A stretch of DNA of 63,253 nucleotides, counting the filler, from Dicyema japonicum (lineage: Eukaryota; Animalia; Dicyemida), in NCBI GenBank assembly GCA_011109175.1. It is 8 parts of 8 records of this genome, joined end to end, with 100 filler letters (N's around TTAATTAATTAA, not from the genome) between each part and the next. Parts side by side here need not be neighbours in the genome. Positions count along the whole stretch, not along the records: positions 1 to 7,342 come from RDEW01000098.1; positions 7,443 to 10,647 come from RDEW01000343.1; positions 10,748 to 21,907 come from RDEW01000235.1; 5 more parts are not named here. One strand, written 5' to 3'. The position numbers were made by a program, and so were the translations under genes. This document shows, in pieces, positions 1-12,343 of the stretch (positions within the stretch are counted from its first letter, which is position 1; each line of letters opens with the position of its first letter). The notes under the pieces were generated by a model. The model was not told the origin of the DNA and made no database searches. It saw nothing but the letters and a program-made list of their open reading frames with translations.

Positions 1-245
1 CGGGAGCCGGTTTCCGTGGAAGACCAAGAGTCACACTCCCAACTATTTTGAATGGAGACCTGTCGGCTGTGGGACTGAAGCTCACTTCCGCAGACGACCT
101 AGATACCTTAAGGGAACTGGCACGAAGTAGAGGGTCCTGGAAAAGGCTGATAGAGAGGATGGCTAGAAATACGGCACAAGGGAGGCTTGATTAATTTTAT
201 GACTTCTCGGGAGTGCTTTAAATAATAAATAATAAATAATATTAC
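1..245 (+). mobile_element. 3' end of RTE-clade non-LTR retrotransposon with AAT/AAAT tail
   Basis: Frame from nt 3 reads GRPRVTLPTILNGDL..LTSADDLDTLRELARSRGSWKRLI..*, a typical RTE C-terminus, followed by taaataataaataataaataat. Confidence 0.7.
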
Positions 246-259
246 AGACTCTTCTGAAC

Positions 260-950
260 AGAATCTGACAATCTTCCCTCCACTTTGCTCATTATGCCTT
301 CTCGACTACCAGAATACGGGCCACGTTCCACTTTCGAAGCGCAATTGGTAACTCTTACTCCATGTGACTGGAAAAAATCGAATGTCACTCCAAGGATCTT
401 CTGGATTGGCTTATAAAGAATGGGAATGCTTTCGAAAATACCTCTATTCCATCATTGAATCACTTGTCAGTACAAAACTTGATAAACTAAGACATGGATG
501 CAGACACAGCAAGCAAATTCAAGGGATGCTAATCACAAACCCCGTTAAAGTGTGGCTGAACTATCACCACAGCCCTGGAAGGAGATTTGACAACTGCATC
601 GATAATCAGGTCGTCCGCGTAAAATAAGATCATAGTGTTCTGATCTATGATACTATGTAAATCGTGTAGAAATAAGTTAAATAGGAGGAGACAGAGTGAA
701 ACCTTGTGGACCCCATTAGGGACTAGTCTTGTTTTAAAGATAATTTATCCAATCCGGATTTTTCCACGTCAGCCAGTTAAGAAATTTTTTAGCCATAGCA
801 TGATGTTTGGATGTAAATTTGAATTAAATATTTTCTCAGGAGTGTCATCGAAACTGAGTGAAGGCTTTCTGTATATCTATAGACACCTGAGCCGTCTGTA
901 TGTTCAACTTAATTTTAAAACCGTCTGTGATGAACTAAGAGACTGATCCC
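260..950 (+). mobile_element. Highly degenerate Penelope-like RT/GIY-YIG remnant (tentative)
   Basis: Broken frames give DLLDWLIKNGNAFEN (cf. PLE FLDxxIxK..F) and VIETE*RLS (cf. GIY-YIG YIGETxR). Many stops. Confidence 0.3.
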
Positions 951-1622
951 AAATGTGTTGTTGTCGAACGACCTGCTATAAAGACATGTTGAAAATCAGG
1001 TAATTATAGAACACGCGCTAAATAATGCGCTAAACAATAATTTATTTTTAAGGANTAAGAGACAGATCCCAAATGAGTTGTTGTCGAACGACCTGCTATA
1101 AAGACATGTTGAAAATCAGGTAATTGTAGAACACGCGCTAAATAATGCGCTAAATAATAATTTATTTTTAAGGACGCTGCAAAGTTTTAGGGCGAATTAT
1201 TTTTTATGTATACCTAAAAAATAAATAACTTTCAGATTATCAATATATTTCATTATGTTAATTAGTTTAATAACTGAGTTATAGAAAAGATTGTCTCAGC
1301 TAAGTGATCCAAGGTAGGTATCCTATTTTTAACTTCATTTGGAATGTACTCAGGTCATATTTTTGGGAGTTTTCAAGGTATCTGTGAAAGAGTAAATAGA
1401 GAGAAATATTTTAAGGCTCATCACCTTAAGGAATATCAGTTGTCATTCGAACATAAGTGTTTTAAGAGGACCATCCTTTTCTGTGTGATTTTCGAATTAT
1501 TCGGATTTTAGAAGCAATAAAGTTAAAAGTTTAATATCACTTCTAAACAATGTCAAAATATTTTAAAAAAAAAGTAAAATATTATTTCAAACGTGGATGC
1601 AAGTAAATTAATATTAAAAATT

Positions 1623-2814
1623 TTAAAGAATGGGAGTATATCCCATTGGCTCTATTAAATTTCTTCGACGTTTGGCATACAGAAAACATTTAACTCCAAT
1701 AATCGTAAGTATAACTACACTTATTGTAATTCCCATAATTTTATAAATTCTTGAATGATTAGACTCATTATTTTGTATTTGAGTGAACAAGTTATTTATT
1801 CTACCTGATTCATTTTCAAAACACCCAGAATCTAAATTTAGTATAATTCAAACCATTTCCGATGAAATTGAAATTCATATCATTTCGAAACAATTGAGCT
1901 TTTAAGGATGAAAATCTTGCGCGAAGTTTAGGGAGATTAATATATAACATTTTACAGTTAAAGTAATTTCCTACGTCGACATAATTTGGATTATTAGGAT
2001 ACCATGTACAATTATTTTTTATTTTGAATGTAAAAAAAATTTCAGAAATATAATATTTATTTTGTGTTAATTTTAATATAAAAAATATTTCAATCATTTC
2101 TTGCTTTAGATGCATCTTAATTCTATCGTTTTCATATTCAAGTCTTGGAGTTAGATATTCTCTTAAAACATATTTACAAGCAAACTATATCAAACTTAAA
2201 ATTTTACAAATACAGTAATGACAATATAGATTTCAATGTTCCCACTTAATATAGCCAAGAGTCGATTTCCATCCATAAAATACCAAATTGGAATATTTGG
2301 ATCGTTAGATTTATTACAGTCATTAGCTTTATTTAATTATATAAAAACCTCTTCCCTCAATATTTGCATAAAAAGGACTGGCTCCATATTGTATTATCAA
2401 AGAATATATTGTGACAGAATAGTCATTTCCCAAACTGATAGAAGTATCTCCACATCTGTAATATTCTCCATTTTTGATTTCTGTGATGTTTTTTGAATTA
2501 GTGTAGGTTTTATTATCTTTGATGGTTAAAAGTTAAATTACTAGAGTTTAATTTAATTTTCATCGTTATGTTATAGAATTCCTTTGAAGGTAGAATCAAA
2601 AATTCAAAAATTAAATTGTGTTTAATGTCTTTAATCTTCATTTTATTATTGAAAGTATAAGTTATTCTGAATAAATCACTTATTTTCTACAATTGTAATT
2701 ATAATATACATTTTCATTGATATTCGTCACAAAACAATCTCCATACAATTCTTTACTATTTGGATAGTATTCAGTTGCAATTTTTGTTATCAAGCACAAA
2801 AATATTAACAACAT
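1623..2814 (-). CDS. LAMP: LAMP-family lysosomal membrane glycoprotein with two LAMP domains, 6 exons
   Basis: Splicing five GT-AG introns (23, 25, 22, 29, 22 nt) gives one open frame. Signal peptide MLLIFLCLITKIAT; domain 1 NGEYYRCGD..ANDCNK; domain 2 VGNYFNCK..LKAQLF..DSGCFEN; TM IMGITISVVILTIIGVKCFLYA; tail KRRRNLIEPMGYTPIL* with a GYxxPhi motif. Confidence 0.85.
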
Positions 2815-3622
2815 AAAAATGTTAATGAACACGACTAAGACTATAATTAGGTCACTTGGTTTTTGATTTTTAATAAAAATTAATTCTTTATTTAATTATA
2901 AATATTTCTAAATTTATTTATAAAACCATGCGTATTTTCATTCATTAAGATACTTTTAAAAAACGGCGAATCATGTAATGTTATTTTTATAGACACATGA
3001 CCGCCAAAATTCGATTCTCCTTTTTAAGGCAATTACATTATCATTATCTTTTAAATAAAGATGCTTCATCAATAAATGTCTTTATAGTTTGGCAGGAAAA
3101 AGAGATATGTTAGGCATTGTAGGGTGACTTATTACATGTTCTGATGTATGTGTTAATTCAAATCAGTTCTGAGAAAACACACATGAGAGGTAGCTTTCAT
3201 TAAATTTTCTATTATAAAATTATAATTATAAAAAACTTTTTGTGAAAATTTTATATAATATTTTATTCAATTATTGTTTATCATTAAAAGTCTATAAAAT
3301 TTACTAATTGACTAACTAATTAAAAACAGAATTAAGATATAAGCGAAAATGTTTAATATATTTTAATAATAAAACACTTTATTAAATAATTCATAGTAAA
3401 GTTCACGGAACAATGGGATTTCTCAGAAGCCATGTAGGGAACCACTGATCAAGATATTGAAGCCATGGTCTTTATAATCTCAAAAATCTATCCGAAATCA
3501 TGAACAATAATACCAAGTAAAAGATAAACCTATACATTATGAATATAATTTCCCAATTGAAAAACAATGCCAATAAAAACGAATGCAAAATTAAAAAATA
3601 ACTTATATAAAAGAAAAATTTA

Positions 3623-4982
3623 CTAGAACTCTAAGTAATCGTAAAGAAATTCTTCAAAATCCTTAATCTCATTTGGGGTATAACTTTCAATACCTCAAGC
3701 CCGTCATCATTTATTATTAATAATTTTCAATTCAAATTCCAATCCCCCTGTATTTCTCATTCACAAAATGACAGTTTTTGTCCAAATATAGACCTACATG
3801 TTTCTTATAGCAAATACCAGGTACAACTGTAACTACAAATCCAAACTTCAAAGGCACACCTCTGCTAACGGAATCCGTATCATGGACATCAAGTCCAAAA
3901 TAATGAGACACATGATGGGGGCATAATTCTGATCTCACTATCTAATTTAAAATATGACAACGAAAGATTAGTGACGTTGGTGATTTCAGGAGTAACAACT
4001 CCCCTCTTAACCAAATTCTGTCAATAATTCATACATTAAATAATTCACAAAATTAAGCGAATTATGCTTTCTAAACGACACAATGAGCGCCAGATTAATT
4101 TCCAAAACACACTCGTAGACATCCCTATGGGCCTCAGAGAAATTACCTTAAAATTATTCAAGGAATCAACTACTGGAAGGCCATACTCGAGTTAAATCAC
4201 TGCTAATAACCCACGTGACATCCAGTATCAGTTAGTATAAGATCCCCGAGTTTTGAAAACCCTATATAATCCATATTGTGAATAATGGTAGAATTCAAAC
4301 CACCTGTTTATAACAAGATCACATGCAGGCTACTACGAACTGGAAGGTCATCCCATAGGCTCCTCTGAGAACACATTGATGCCGAATTTCACTCATCATG
4401 AGATACTCAAACATCTAATTCTGTTGGTGGTCAATTCATACATTTTTTCTTTGTTAGCTTCAGCACGTGTTTAAAGAATCTCCCATGATTTTACAAGACT
4501 GACAAATTGTCTCAATTTCTTCCAGATCCTTCCTTAGTCTCATTGGCTAAAGGAATGGATACAGCGGCAACGTACCCGGCAAGTCCAAATTGTGGCAAAT
4601 ATTGGGCCATTTTAATTGAGGGTCCAGATTGTCAAAAAATATGTGTATTTTTGTATTGGCTTTAAACGTCTATGATCTTCCCGACTCAAAAGTATAAATC
4701 AACTAGTATAAATCAGCCGTTTTCTTCAAAGAGAGCTACTCTCCCTCCCAACAAGCTTTCCCTTTGAATAAATAGGAAAAAATAAATAATCATCAGTAAA
4801 TGTATCATCCATGTGGGACAGCACAATAATAGAATCAGGATTCATAAAAAACAAAAATGGAACACGATGCCTTAAAATTTAGTTGTAGCGAGTTCAGGTT
4901 ACATTAATGTGTAGATCTTGAGAAGGCCAAGATTAAAAGACACGTGGTTAAGGAATTCTACTTTAATCTTATTGGGAACCAT
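3623..4982 (-). pseudogene. XPNPEP3: Xaa-Pro aminopeptidase 3 (Icp55-like) pseudogene
   Basis: Motifs PDSIIVL, KDLEEIE, LILTDTGC..SDLTRVWP, LCPHHVSHYFGLDVHDT, EKYRGIGI. Disrupted by in-frame stops (TGA at 3732-3734 where R of GVRIED is expected; TGA/TAA after KIMGDSLNTC), frameshifts, and TVVPG replacing the metal-ligand TIEPG. Confidence 0.85.
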
Positions 4983-5439
4983 TATAGCCCTTAATATTTA
5001 ATTTTTTTAATATTTGTATTAAATCCTCTCTCTTGAAAATGGTAGCTAGAGGCTCGTATCCCACTTAGTAAACCGTGCTTATTTGGAAGTAACTAGGTAA
5101 AGAGAGGTTTAATTTCCGAAGATACGAGATTAAAATGGCAGATAGATTGGAGTTTGATTTTTAACACAACAGCATGCTATGAGAGTGGAACAATAACAAT
5201 AGATATGTGTTACGTCACACATGATTACATGTGATGTGCATAAAGCGAACATACGATGTCTCATTATAACCCTGTTAATTACTTTTAGGTTTTTTCTAGG
5301 ATAAATTATTCTCGGGTTTTGAAGCGAATAACATTTAATAACTTATTTTTTGGAGACTCTTTAAGTCGCTCTCTTAGTTTGCATCAAAATTTTTATCCGT
5401 ACTACTTTTAAAAAATCTTCAAAGTTTTTTAATTTCAAT

Positions 5440-5510
5440 CATGGTGGGATTCGAACCCAGATTCTTCGTACACACAACGCTTCCTTAGTTCACAACCTAA
5501 GGTTTCTTAT
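5440..5510 (-). other. tRNA-like B-box / T-arm (degenerate tRNA or SINE head)
   Basis: Minus strand reads tgggTTCGAATccca (Pol III B-box). No convincing acceptor or anticodon stem. Confidence 0.3.
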
Positions 5511-5527
5511 ATATCTTAAGTCAATCC

Positions 5528-6161
5528 ATGGTCGCGGAAATCTGAGACATGAACATTTATTCATTATAAAGCAAAGTTGACGTTTTGTGTTTTAGAGGAG
5601 ACCAAATTTGGTTAGTATATTCATTGACCAGAATAGATTAGATTTTCGTTAAATGTGAGTTTTTACATCAAAAATGCATAGAAAAATTCTGCTGCTTCTT
5701 AGGAATTAAACACAAATCTCCTAGATTTGTTTGCTATTAGTCCCATAGATTCCAGAAGTTAAAAAAAAACTTTTGTAAAATTCTTTTTCTGGGCCGATAG
5801 AGATGCGTCGCTATTTTGATCTATTCCCATATGGGTTCTTGGATTTATTTGCAGAAAAGCATGGCATTTATTTGTTAAAATTACTAAAGTCTAATTTAGA
5901 TCCCGGAGATGACACTACAAAAGTGACATTACAAATAGAACTGATCTCTACGATTCCTCGTAAACAAAATCGATAATAGTAACCCATCTTTTTGGAAAAG
6001 ATATAAATTTGTGTGTTCTAGGACAGATGAGAAAAGAGTACTACAAACAAGCCAGTATCTACCCAATGGAAGAATTTCCTTCTGTCTTTAACCATCAATT
6101 AGAAAGTATTATAGGCGTCAATCCAATAAATTTAATTCTTGATGTCAGGAAAGAAAATTAA
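5528..6161 (+). CDS. Possible spliced, partly broken gene of unknown product
   Basis: 3' part reads MRRYFDLFPYGFLDLFAEKH..TKVTLQIELISTIP, a 20-nt GT-AG intron, then LTHLFGKDINLCVLGQMRKEYYKQ..LDVRKEN*. The 5' part cannot be framed. Confidence 0.3.
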
Positions 6162-6164
6162 TGG

Positions 6165-6410
6165 GGCAAAGGAGAAGAAATACGAAACGCTACGCGACCG
6201 ATTCTCGTTTTATCCGATAGTTGTCGAGAATACTCGATGAATTAGTGGAAAATCGCTTCGCTTCTTAAAGAAAATTGGACGTTTAGCTACACTAGAAAGC
6301 CACGACGCACGTAAGACCTGGTGGCTACTCCAGTTTATCTCTGTTGCAATTGCGAGAGGCAATGCAACATCGATTATATCGTCGGTCTACTTATGATGGA
6401 TGACATTTTT
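6165..6410 (+). mobile_element. CRE-like (restriction-like endonuclease) non-LTR retrotransposon C-terminal fragment
   Basis: EKKYETLRDRFSFYPIVVENTR*ISG..LKKIGRL..WWLLQFISVAIARGNATSI matches the KY..L...F.P..vE..G and qrisiaiqRGNa motifs of CRE elements. Confidence 0.7.
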
Positions 6411-6599
6411 AATAAAAGAATAAACTTGTGTTAAAATTTATTAAATTGTAACAATTTCAGTTATCTTCCTAAGGCTGTTTCGGCACATCAGTTTTCTTCA
6501 AGCGGTTTCCTTCACGAGAACAATGAGGATTCCGTCCAGGAATATCCTGTCTTGGCAGTAATACAGTCCGACATCTAATTGGCTCGATAAATAAATAAA

Positions 6600-7342
6600 A
6601 AGAACATTATTTTCAAAGTAATCAGTTATTTTTTCTCGATGGTTATTTTCTATTCCTACCGTCACTTTCTTTGTAAATTCATAAAAATCATTAAAACAGT
6701 CTGGAATTAAAAATTTTTGCTTCTAGGTTTTCCATCAAATTTAAGTTTTTTATATTGATGTTTCACAGTCTATGTCCTCATAGAGATGACAATCACGAGA
6801 TGAAAATGTTTGTATTGTTTAAAGCCACGTGTTGATTCATCAGCTTTCACAAATGATATACGTGGTGCAAGCTTGATATAAAGAGCAGTTTCGTCACAAT
6901 TAAAAATCTTCTCTGCATATTGTCCAATTTTAATATTAAATTCTAATGAAAATATAAGCATCTTCCGATCACGAAGTAGATTCACCTGACAATGCTTTAA
7001 ATTTTATTTCATGCTTCTGTCTGAATATATCTAACCATTCATTTAAATCTTTGATATTGTTTAAGCCCATTCGCGAAGAAAAGTTAGTGAAATTTTTTTA
7101 AAAGAGTTTCAGAAACTGGAACATTCTGATCAATTAAACGCTAAAAATATCCATGACTTTTTCTTCAAGTCTGTTTTTATTCTCACTTTTAAATAAAGAT
7201 ACAAATGTTTACCAACTATTTGAACTTGAATAAAGGAATCCTCTTTCAATAAATAAGCTCCTTTCTGAGTTTTCCGTTTTAAGAGATGAGCTGCAATCTT
7301 CAATTTTGTTTCACCATTCAAAAGCATTTTAATTGACACAAA
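6600..7342 (-). mobile_element. pogo/Tigger-type transposase remnant
   Basis: EWLDIFRQKHEIKFKALSGES (CENP-B HTH) and IFNCDETALYIKLAPRIS (first D of DDE). Several stops and frameshifts. Confidence 0.8.
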
Positions 7343-7442
7343 NNNNNNNNNNNNNNNNNNNNNNNNNNNNNNNNNNNNNNNNNNNNTTAATTAATTAANN
7401 NNNNNNNNNNNNNNNNNNNNNNNNNNNNNNNNNNNNNNNNNN
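7343..7442. other. Scaffold gap with synthetic TTAATTAATTAA linker (also ~10648-10748, 21908-22007, 25829-25928, 49567-49666, 54799-54898, 59930-60029)
   Basis: Identical 12-mer with stops in all six frames, embedded in ~100-nt N runs. Confidence 0.97.
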
Positions 7443-7620
7443 TGAGTCTGGTGAACAAAGCTTCACATGCATACGCTGATCCAAATACATGCGCATTTTC
7501 ATAAGCATTTGTAACCAAATTTGGGTATTTGAAATAGAAAATGGGCTGTTTGAACAAATGGTTTTTAGTTTGCGATTTGATTTCATGGATAGAAATTTAA
7601 TTTTTTTATTCACCTTAAAA
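7443..7620 (-). mobile_element. hAT transposase C-terminal dimerisation-domain remnant
   Basis: PNLVTNAYENAHVFGSAYACEALFTRL resembles hAT FGSTYxCEQLFSRMK. Confidence 0.55.
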
Positions 7621-7844
7621 AATCATACTCTGAAGAATGATTCATGTTATGTCTCTCGACATTATATGACAAAAGACATTGTATAATAAAATGACAAATC
7701 AGGCAATATGAGTAGTCTTCAAAACGAAGAATTATTCCTCCCATTCGGGTTAAATGCACGATTTTCTTGAATAATTTTTCAGATATCACAAAAAATATTA
7801 ATGATATTAATTAATTAAAATTTAATGCAAAAAATATTTAATAT

Positions 7845-8600
7845 AAAAACAAGTACCCCAGGGTTCGCCGCTATCACCATTCTTATTCAAAGTATTTACG
7901 GCTGACATTCCGACGCCGAATGGAGAAGACGACCTGCTTCTGGCTTACGCAGACGATATCGTCTTGGCCTCACGGGATCAGAACATCCAAACAGCGACGG
8001 AAAGAATACACCACCACATGGATCGACTACTCAAATGGTTTAATGAAAATCGGATGTCAATCAATACCGAAAAATCTATTACAACTCTCTATTGACAAAA
8101 GATTGTCGAACAAGACAATAAAAGTTACTGCGGAGGGAAGAGGATTGCCTTTCAGCAAATGGCAAAAAATATTGGGTCTAAATTTCGCTACGCACATGAA
8201 CTTTTAGAGACACGTCACTAATGTGAAAAGAAAATCATCCTTCTGAAATGCGTAGCAGGTCTATGGAAAATTTGACATCATCCTATACTTAAAACGCTCT
8301 AATCACAGTACATCGAACTATGCATTTCATATGCGTGTGCTTCATGGGGACCACTGGCCTCTTATACTAATACTCAGAAAATCTCCGCAACCCAGAAAAG
8401 GGTCTTCAAACTACCTGAGAGATGGTATACAGGAGAAAATATCAAATCACCGACGCCCTTGGAGACACTAATCGAAAAAAGCAAAAATGGACACCAATTC
8501 AAAAAAAGTGCTCTCCCGCAGCTAACTTGTGTAGGCTCAAGGAACCAACACCGAGCAAAGATGAGAGCCATGATCCAATTCGTCAAATCACCTAGTTAGT
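7845..8600 (+). mobile_element. LINE reverse transcriptase fragment (Jockey/I-like), degenerate
   Basis: VPQGSPLSPFLFKVFTADIP..LLAYADDIVLA..LLKWFNENRMSINTEKS, followed by stops and frameshifts. Confidence 0.85.
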
Positions 8601-9050
8601 TTTTTAGGTTTAACAGTGGTCTTTGGAATTAATTTTAAGTTAATAGTTAAAGAAGGCGCACGAGGAGAAAATGAGAAATCTGATTAAGTCTTCGAGATCC
8701 AACTATGTGAGTTTATCATTATGCGAATGTACGACAACCTGATAGCTAGATCAAGTGTGTCTGCTCGGAAGCACGCCATAATAACGACCAAGAAAACACA
8801 GGCAACTCTCACCTAGGCACTATCAGACCTTTTTGTCTGCTAAGTATGGTGTTGATGACAGTGGGCTAGTAAATGTGAAGGCGTTGATCGAATTATAATA
8901 TAATAATTTGATGGAAAAAACACTTAGCCTTAGAGCATCGGACAACCCATATAATAATAGCCTTTTCACGAGAGCCATAATATTTATAGTTCCGCATAGG
9001 CAGGACACACACTTTATTTAAGTAAAGAACAGTTAATTTTAACTAATCGT

Positions 9051-9160
9051 AGAACCAAGGAATGATCTTCACTTCTTTTTTTTTTCTTGTGTGTGGGTCC
9101 TTTCTAGACAATCCAGTTCCGCAGTGAGTATCCACTGATGACGGCGTCACTCGTCAAACC
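9051..9160 (+). repeat. Dispersed ~110-bp repeat, copy 1 (copy 2 at 52452-52555)
   Basis: Both copies share agaaccaaggaatgat..gtgtg.gtcc..tagac.atcc.gtt.cgcagtga..actgatga(c/t)ggc..gtcaa. Confidence 0.75.
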
Positions 9161-9479
9161 CTTTCTGAAGATATGTTAATCAAATTTTTATTTTTCCAAT
9201 TTGTATCAAAAATTAATAAAATTGGCCGATTATTTAGGAGAATGTGATTTTTTTCTTAGAAAATATTTCGAAATGTGCAAATTTAAAGATGCCAGTCATA
9301 CTTTAGAAATACTGAGTTGATATAGACAGGTCAAGGGTTTTTATGGCTTTTATTTATTTTATTTATTTTTTTAGACAGGTCAAGGTTTTTAAGATTTCCA
9401 CAGCAATTTCTACATCTTTGGAGTAATTAACTTCTCTAAAGGTCATGGTCATGCAGTGCGTACTGTGTTATTAACGCTA

Positions 9480-10630
9480 AAAAGTCCCAACTATGACGGC
9501 ATCATCGCTAAACCCAAGACATCAGTGAGCCTTCAAAAATGCTGTATCCCAATTATCTTGACCTGTCGTTCTGGATACATCCTTCACAATCATAGATTCT
9601 TCGTAGGAGATATTCTTTCGTAAATCACGGCACGTATCTATCAAACCCAATTGAACTGGAAGGATTAGCTCTACAAGGATAAATCCTTAACCCCGTTCTA
9701 TTGATATATTCACGGTCGACTTCCACTCCCAAATTTGATTAAGACGAAGAGAAGTAATAAATCTTATTAATCACATTTTTCTGTTTTCTCAACGAAGACC
9801 TTATTAAGCGATGAGTCATCTGAAGGATTTCGCAGAAGGAGAAGTTTACTTGCAGAGTTTTAATTTGACAATCTTGGGAGCACTTATAATTATTTTGGAA
9901 TCCGAGTCCAAGGACTTTGATTTATCTTTCCAATTACGGATTTGTCCATTTACTTCAATAATTAAGTATCTGTCGTTAGTTTTGGAATATTCTTTTAGTC
10001 GGACTCGATGGGGCTTACTGAATCCAGATCAAACGGCTCTAGATCTCTACCTATCAGGTTTTTAAATGGACAATACCCGTTCCTAAGCGCTGTCGAAATC
10101 ATCACTGCTCCTGTGTGTCGTCGAAGAGTGTTGTTATAGCTTTTCTATTTTTGATACCAGATTTACCGATTGCTCCGACAGCTTAATAGGTTGTGAAGGC
10201 GGTTGGAATAAATTCGAATAGGTGCACCAAGTGATTAGTTGCTCCGACCTCACTAACATGTAAGAGGGTGGATGCCATCAAACATTCAACCATGTGTGCT
10301 CTACAAGTCTCCTAGAGTCATCGGGTTTCCGGAAAGGATTTGATTCATAATGTCTGGGGAACCAATACTCAGATCCCCTTTTTTCATATCCTCTGATCTT
10401 ACCCCAATTTTGTTTAATTATTTTTTCATGACATCCCCCAGATTGACGATCCAAACAAGCTACTTTGTTTTATACAGACGATTTATTATCCCTTTAAGGG
10501 ACATATCCCCATCCTTGACGACTGGGTAGTTCAGGCATATATTTTATGATCAACTGACTTTCATGTAATCAATTGTCCATGTCCTCATCAAATTCTACTT
10601 TTACTCTATTCACATCGTCGCCAAAAGGAT
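9480..10630 (-). mobile_element. Very degenerate non-LTR RT remnant (tentative)
   Basis: More GC-rich than flanks; only weak motif echoes (RDLEPFDLDSV cf. DlxxAFDsV; NIEVNGQ). Confidence 0.3.
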
Positions 10631-10759
10631 TCCCCCAAAGTGCTTCTNNNNNNNNNNNNNNNNNNNNNNNNNNNNNNNNNNNNNNNNNNNNTTAATTAAT
10701 TAANNNNNNNNNNNNNNNNNNNNNNNNNNNNNNNNNNNNNNNNNNNNAGACAGTACTTA

Positions 10760-12340
10760 GTGCGGAAATAAATTGAGACGAATGCTTTGGGCATTCGAGC
10801 TCTTCTGAGATTCGTCCGCTAGTTCTGTCTAGGAGCAGGTACACCTGCTATTCACACCGATCTATGAAGATGTCAGACACTCGAGATCTTTTCCGAAAAG
10901 CTCGGATTGAATCTTCGATGGCCTTTCGTACCTCCGGAGACTTAATCTTCGCCCAGGTTGGGACTGGGTCCCATGGGTTTAGCATAAGGGCTAATTTTAG
11001 TGCGTATCTTCGTATTTTCTCGCACTTCAGAAGGATTTTCTCATATTGCTTTGAGTGGAACCAAGCTTCCATGCCATATAGTAGGCTGGGCAAGATGGTT
11101 GTATGATAGACAAATAGGAATGTGTTTTGATTCAAATGCATGCTTCTTAGGAGTCGGAGAGCGGCAATTGCTTTTCCCCTTTTCCGTTTGAAGTGCAAAA
11201 GGTATCCCGAGTTCGTGTCGATTGTGAGCCCCAGGTATCGTATGCATTCAGGGCGAGCAATTTCTACCAAAGTCCCGTGTCCGCGATCTTGCGACTTCTT
11301 TGGGTTAATTCGGAGATAAGCCGATTTGTCCATGGCCAACGAGAGTCGCTTGCCGATGCACCAGTCCTTTATCTCTTCAATGTACCCGGCAAGTCGTTTT
11401 TCCGAGGCATTGGTATCCATTAAGGAGTCCAAAACGAGAACATCGTCTGCGTAGAGGAGTAGGGATGTTCTGGGGTCGGGGGTAAAGGGAGACTGCTCAT
11501 TACCAAATTGAAAAAGATTGGGCTGAGACAGGACCCCTGCGGAACCCCCCTTCGGAGCGAGATATATCTTGAGACGAAGCCCGACTCAGATATAAAAGAG
11601 TAACGATTTGAAAGAAAGCAGCGCAGCCAGAGAAAGGCTTCCGCTGTTGGCTCACAGAGCTGGATCCTTTCCAGTAGGTCTCTTTGCCAGACGCTGTCGA
11701 AGGCCTTTGAAATGTCCAGACATACAAGAGATAGAGTTTCTTTGAACTCCATTGCTCTCGAGGTGATGGACCGTACCGTTATGAAACAGTCACTGCAGCT
11801 CCCCCCAGAGCGGAAACCCCATTGTTGCGGGAGCAGCACGCTCTTCTCTTCGGCTAGAAAATTGATGCGCTTGGCCATGATCTTTTCCATCAGCCTTGAG
11901 ATGGTTGGGATTAGGCTTATGGGACAGAAGCTGCTAGCCAGATTCACCGGCTTCTCAGGCTTTTTGATCATCCGGACCTCTGAGATTTTTCATTTTGCAG
12001 GCACGTGGTCCCACTTGCGACTTGCCGTACACAGATCCGCTAGAAACACGTGTAGATCTTCGGAGGCTTCCTTAAACAGCCGCATCGGTATTTTGTCATC
12101 GCCCGGTGTGTTGCCTTTTGCCGAACGGATGGCCCAGGTCATTTCCGCAATGGTGATCGGCTGGTGTTCCGACGACAGTGGGCGCAGCAGTAGCTCCGAG
12201 TCCCGGCTTTGCGGGGTTTCTGGATTGGCCTCCTGGATACTGGCAAGGTGTTCTGCGAATATGTTTGGGATCTCTTGTGGCAAAGCCAGCATACCAGACT
12301 GGTTGCACAACTTCGGGGGTGAGGATTTTCCTTCTTAGAG
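10760..12340 (-). mobile_element. 5'-truncated LINE (Jockey/I group) RT region with frameshifts
   Basis: GNTPGDDKIP; FCPISLIPTISRLMEKIM; QQWGFRSGGSC; LDISKAFDSVW; GVPQGSCLSPIFF; LLYADDVL; IRYLGLTID, spread over three frames. Confidence 0.9.
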
Positions 12341-12343
12341 GCA

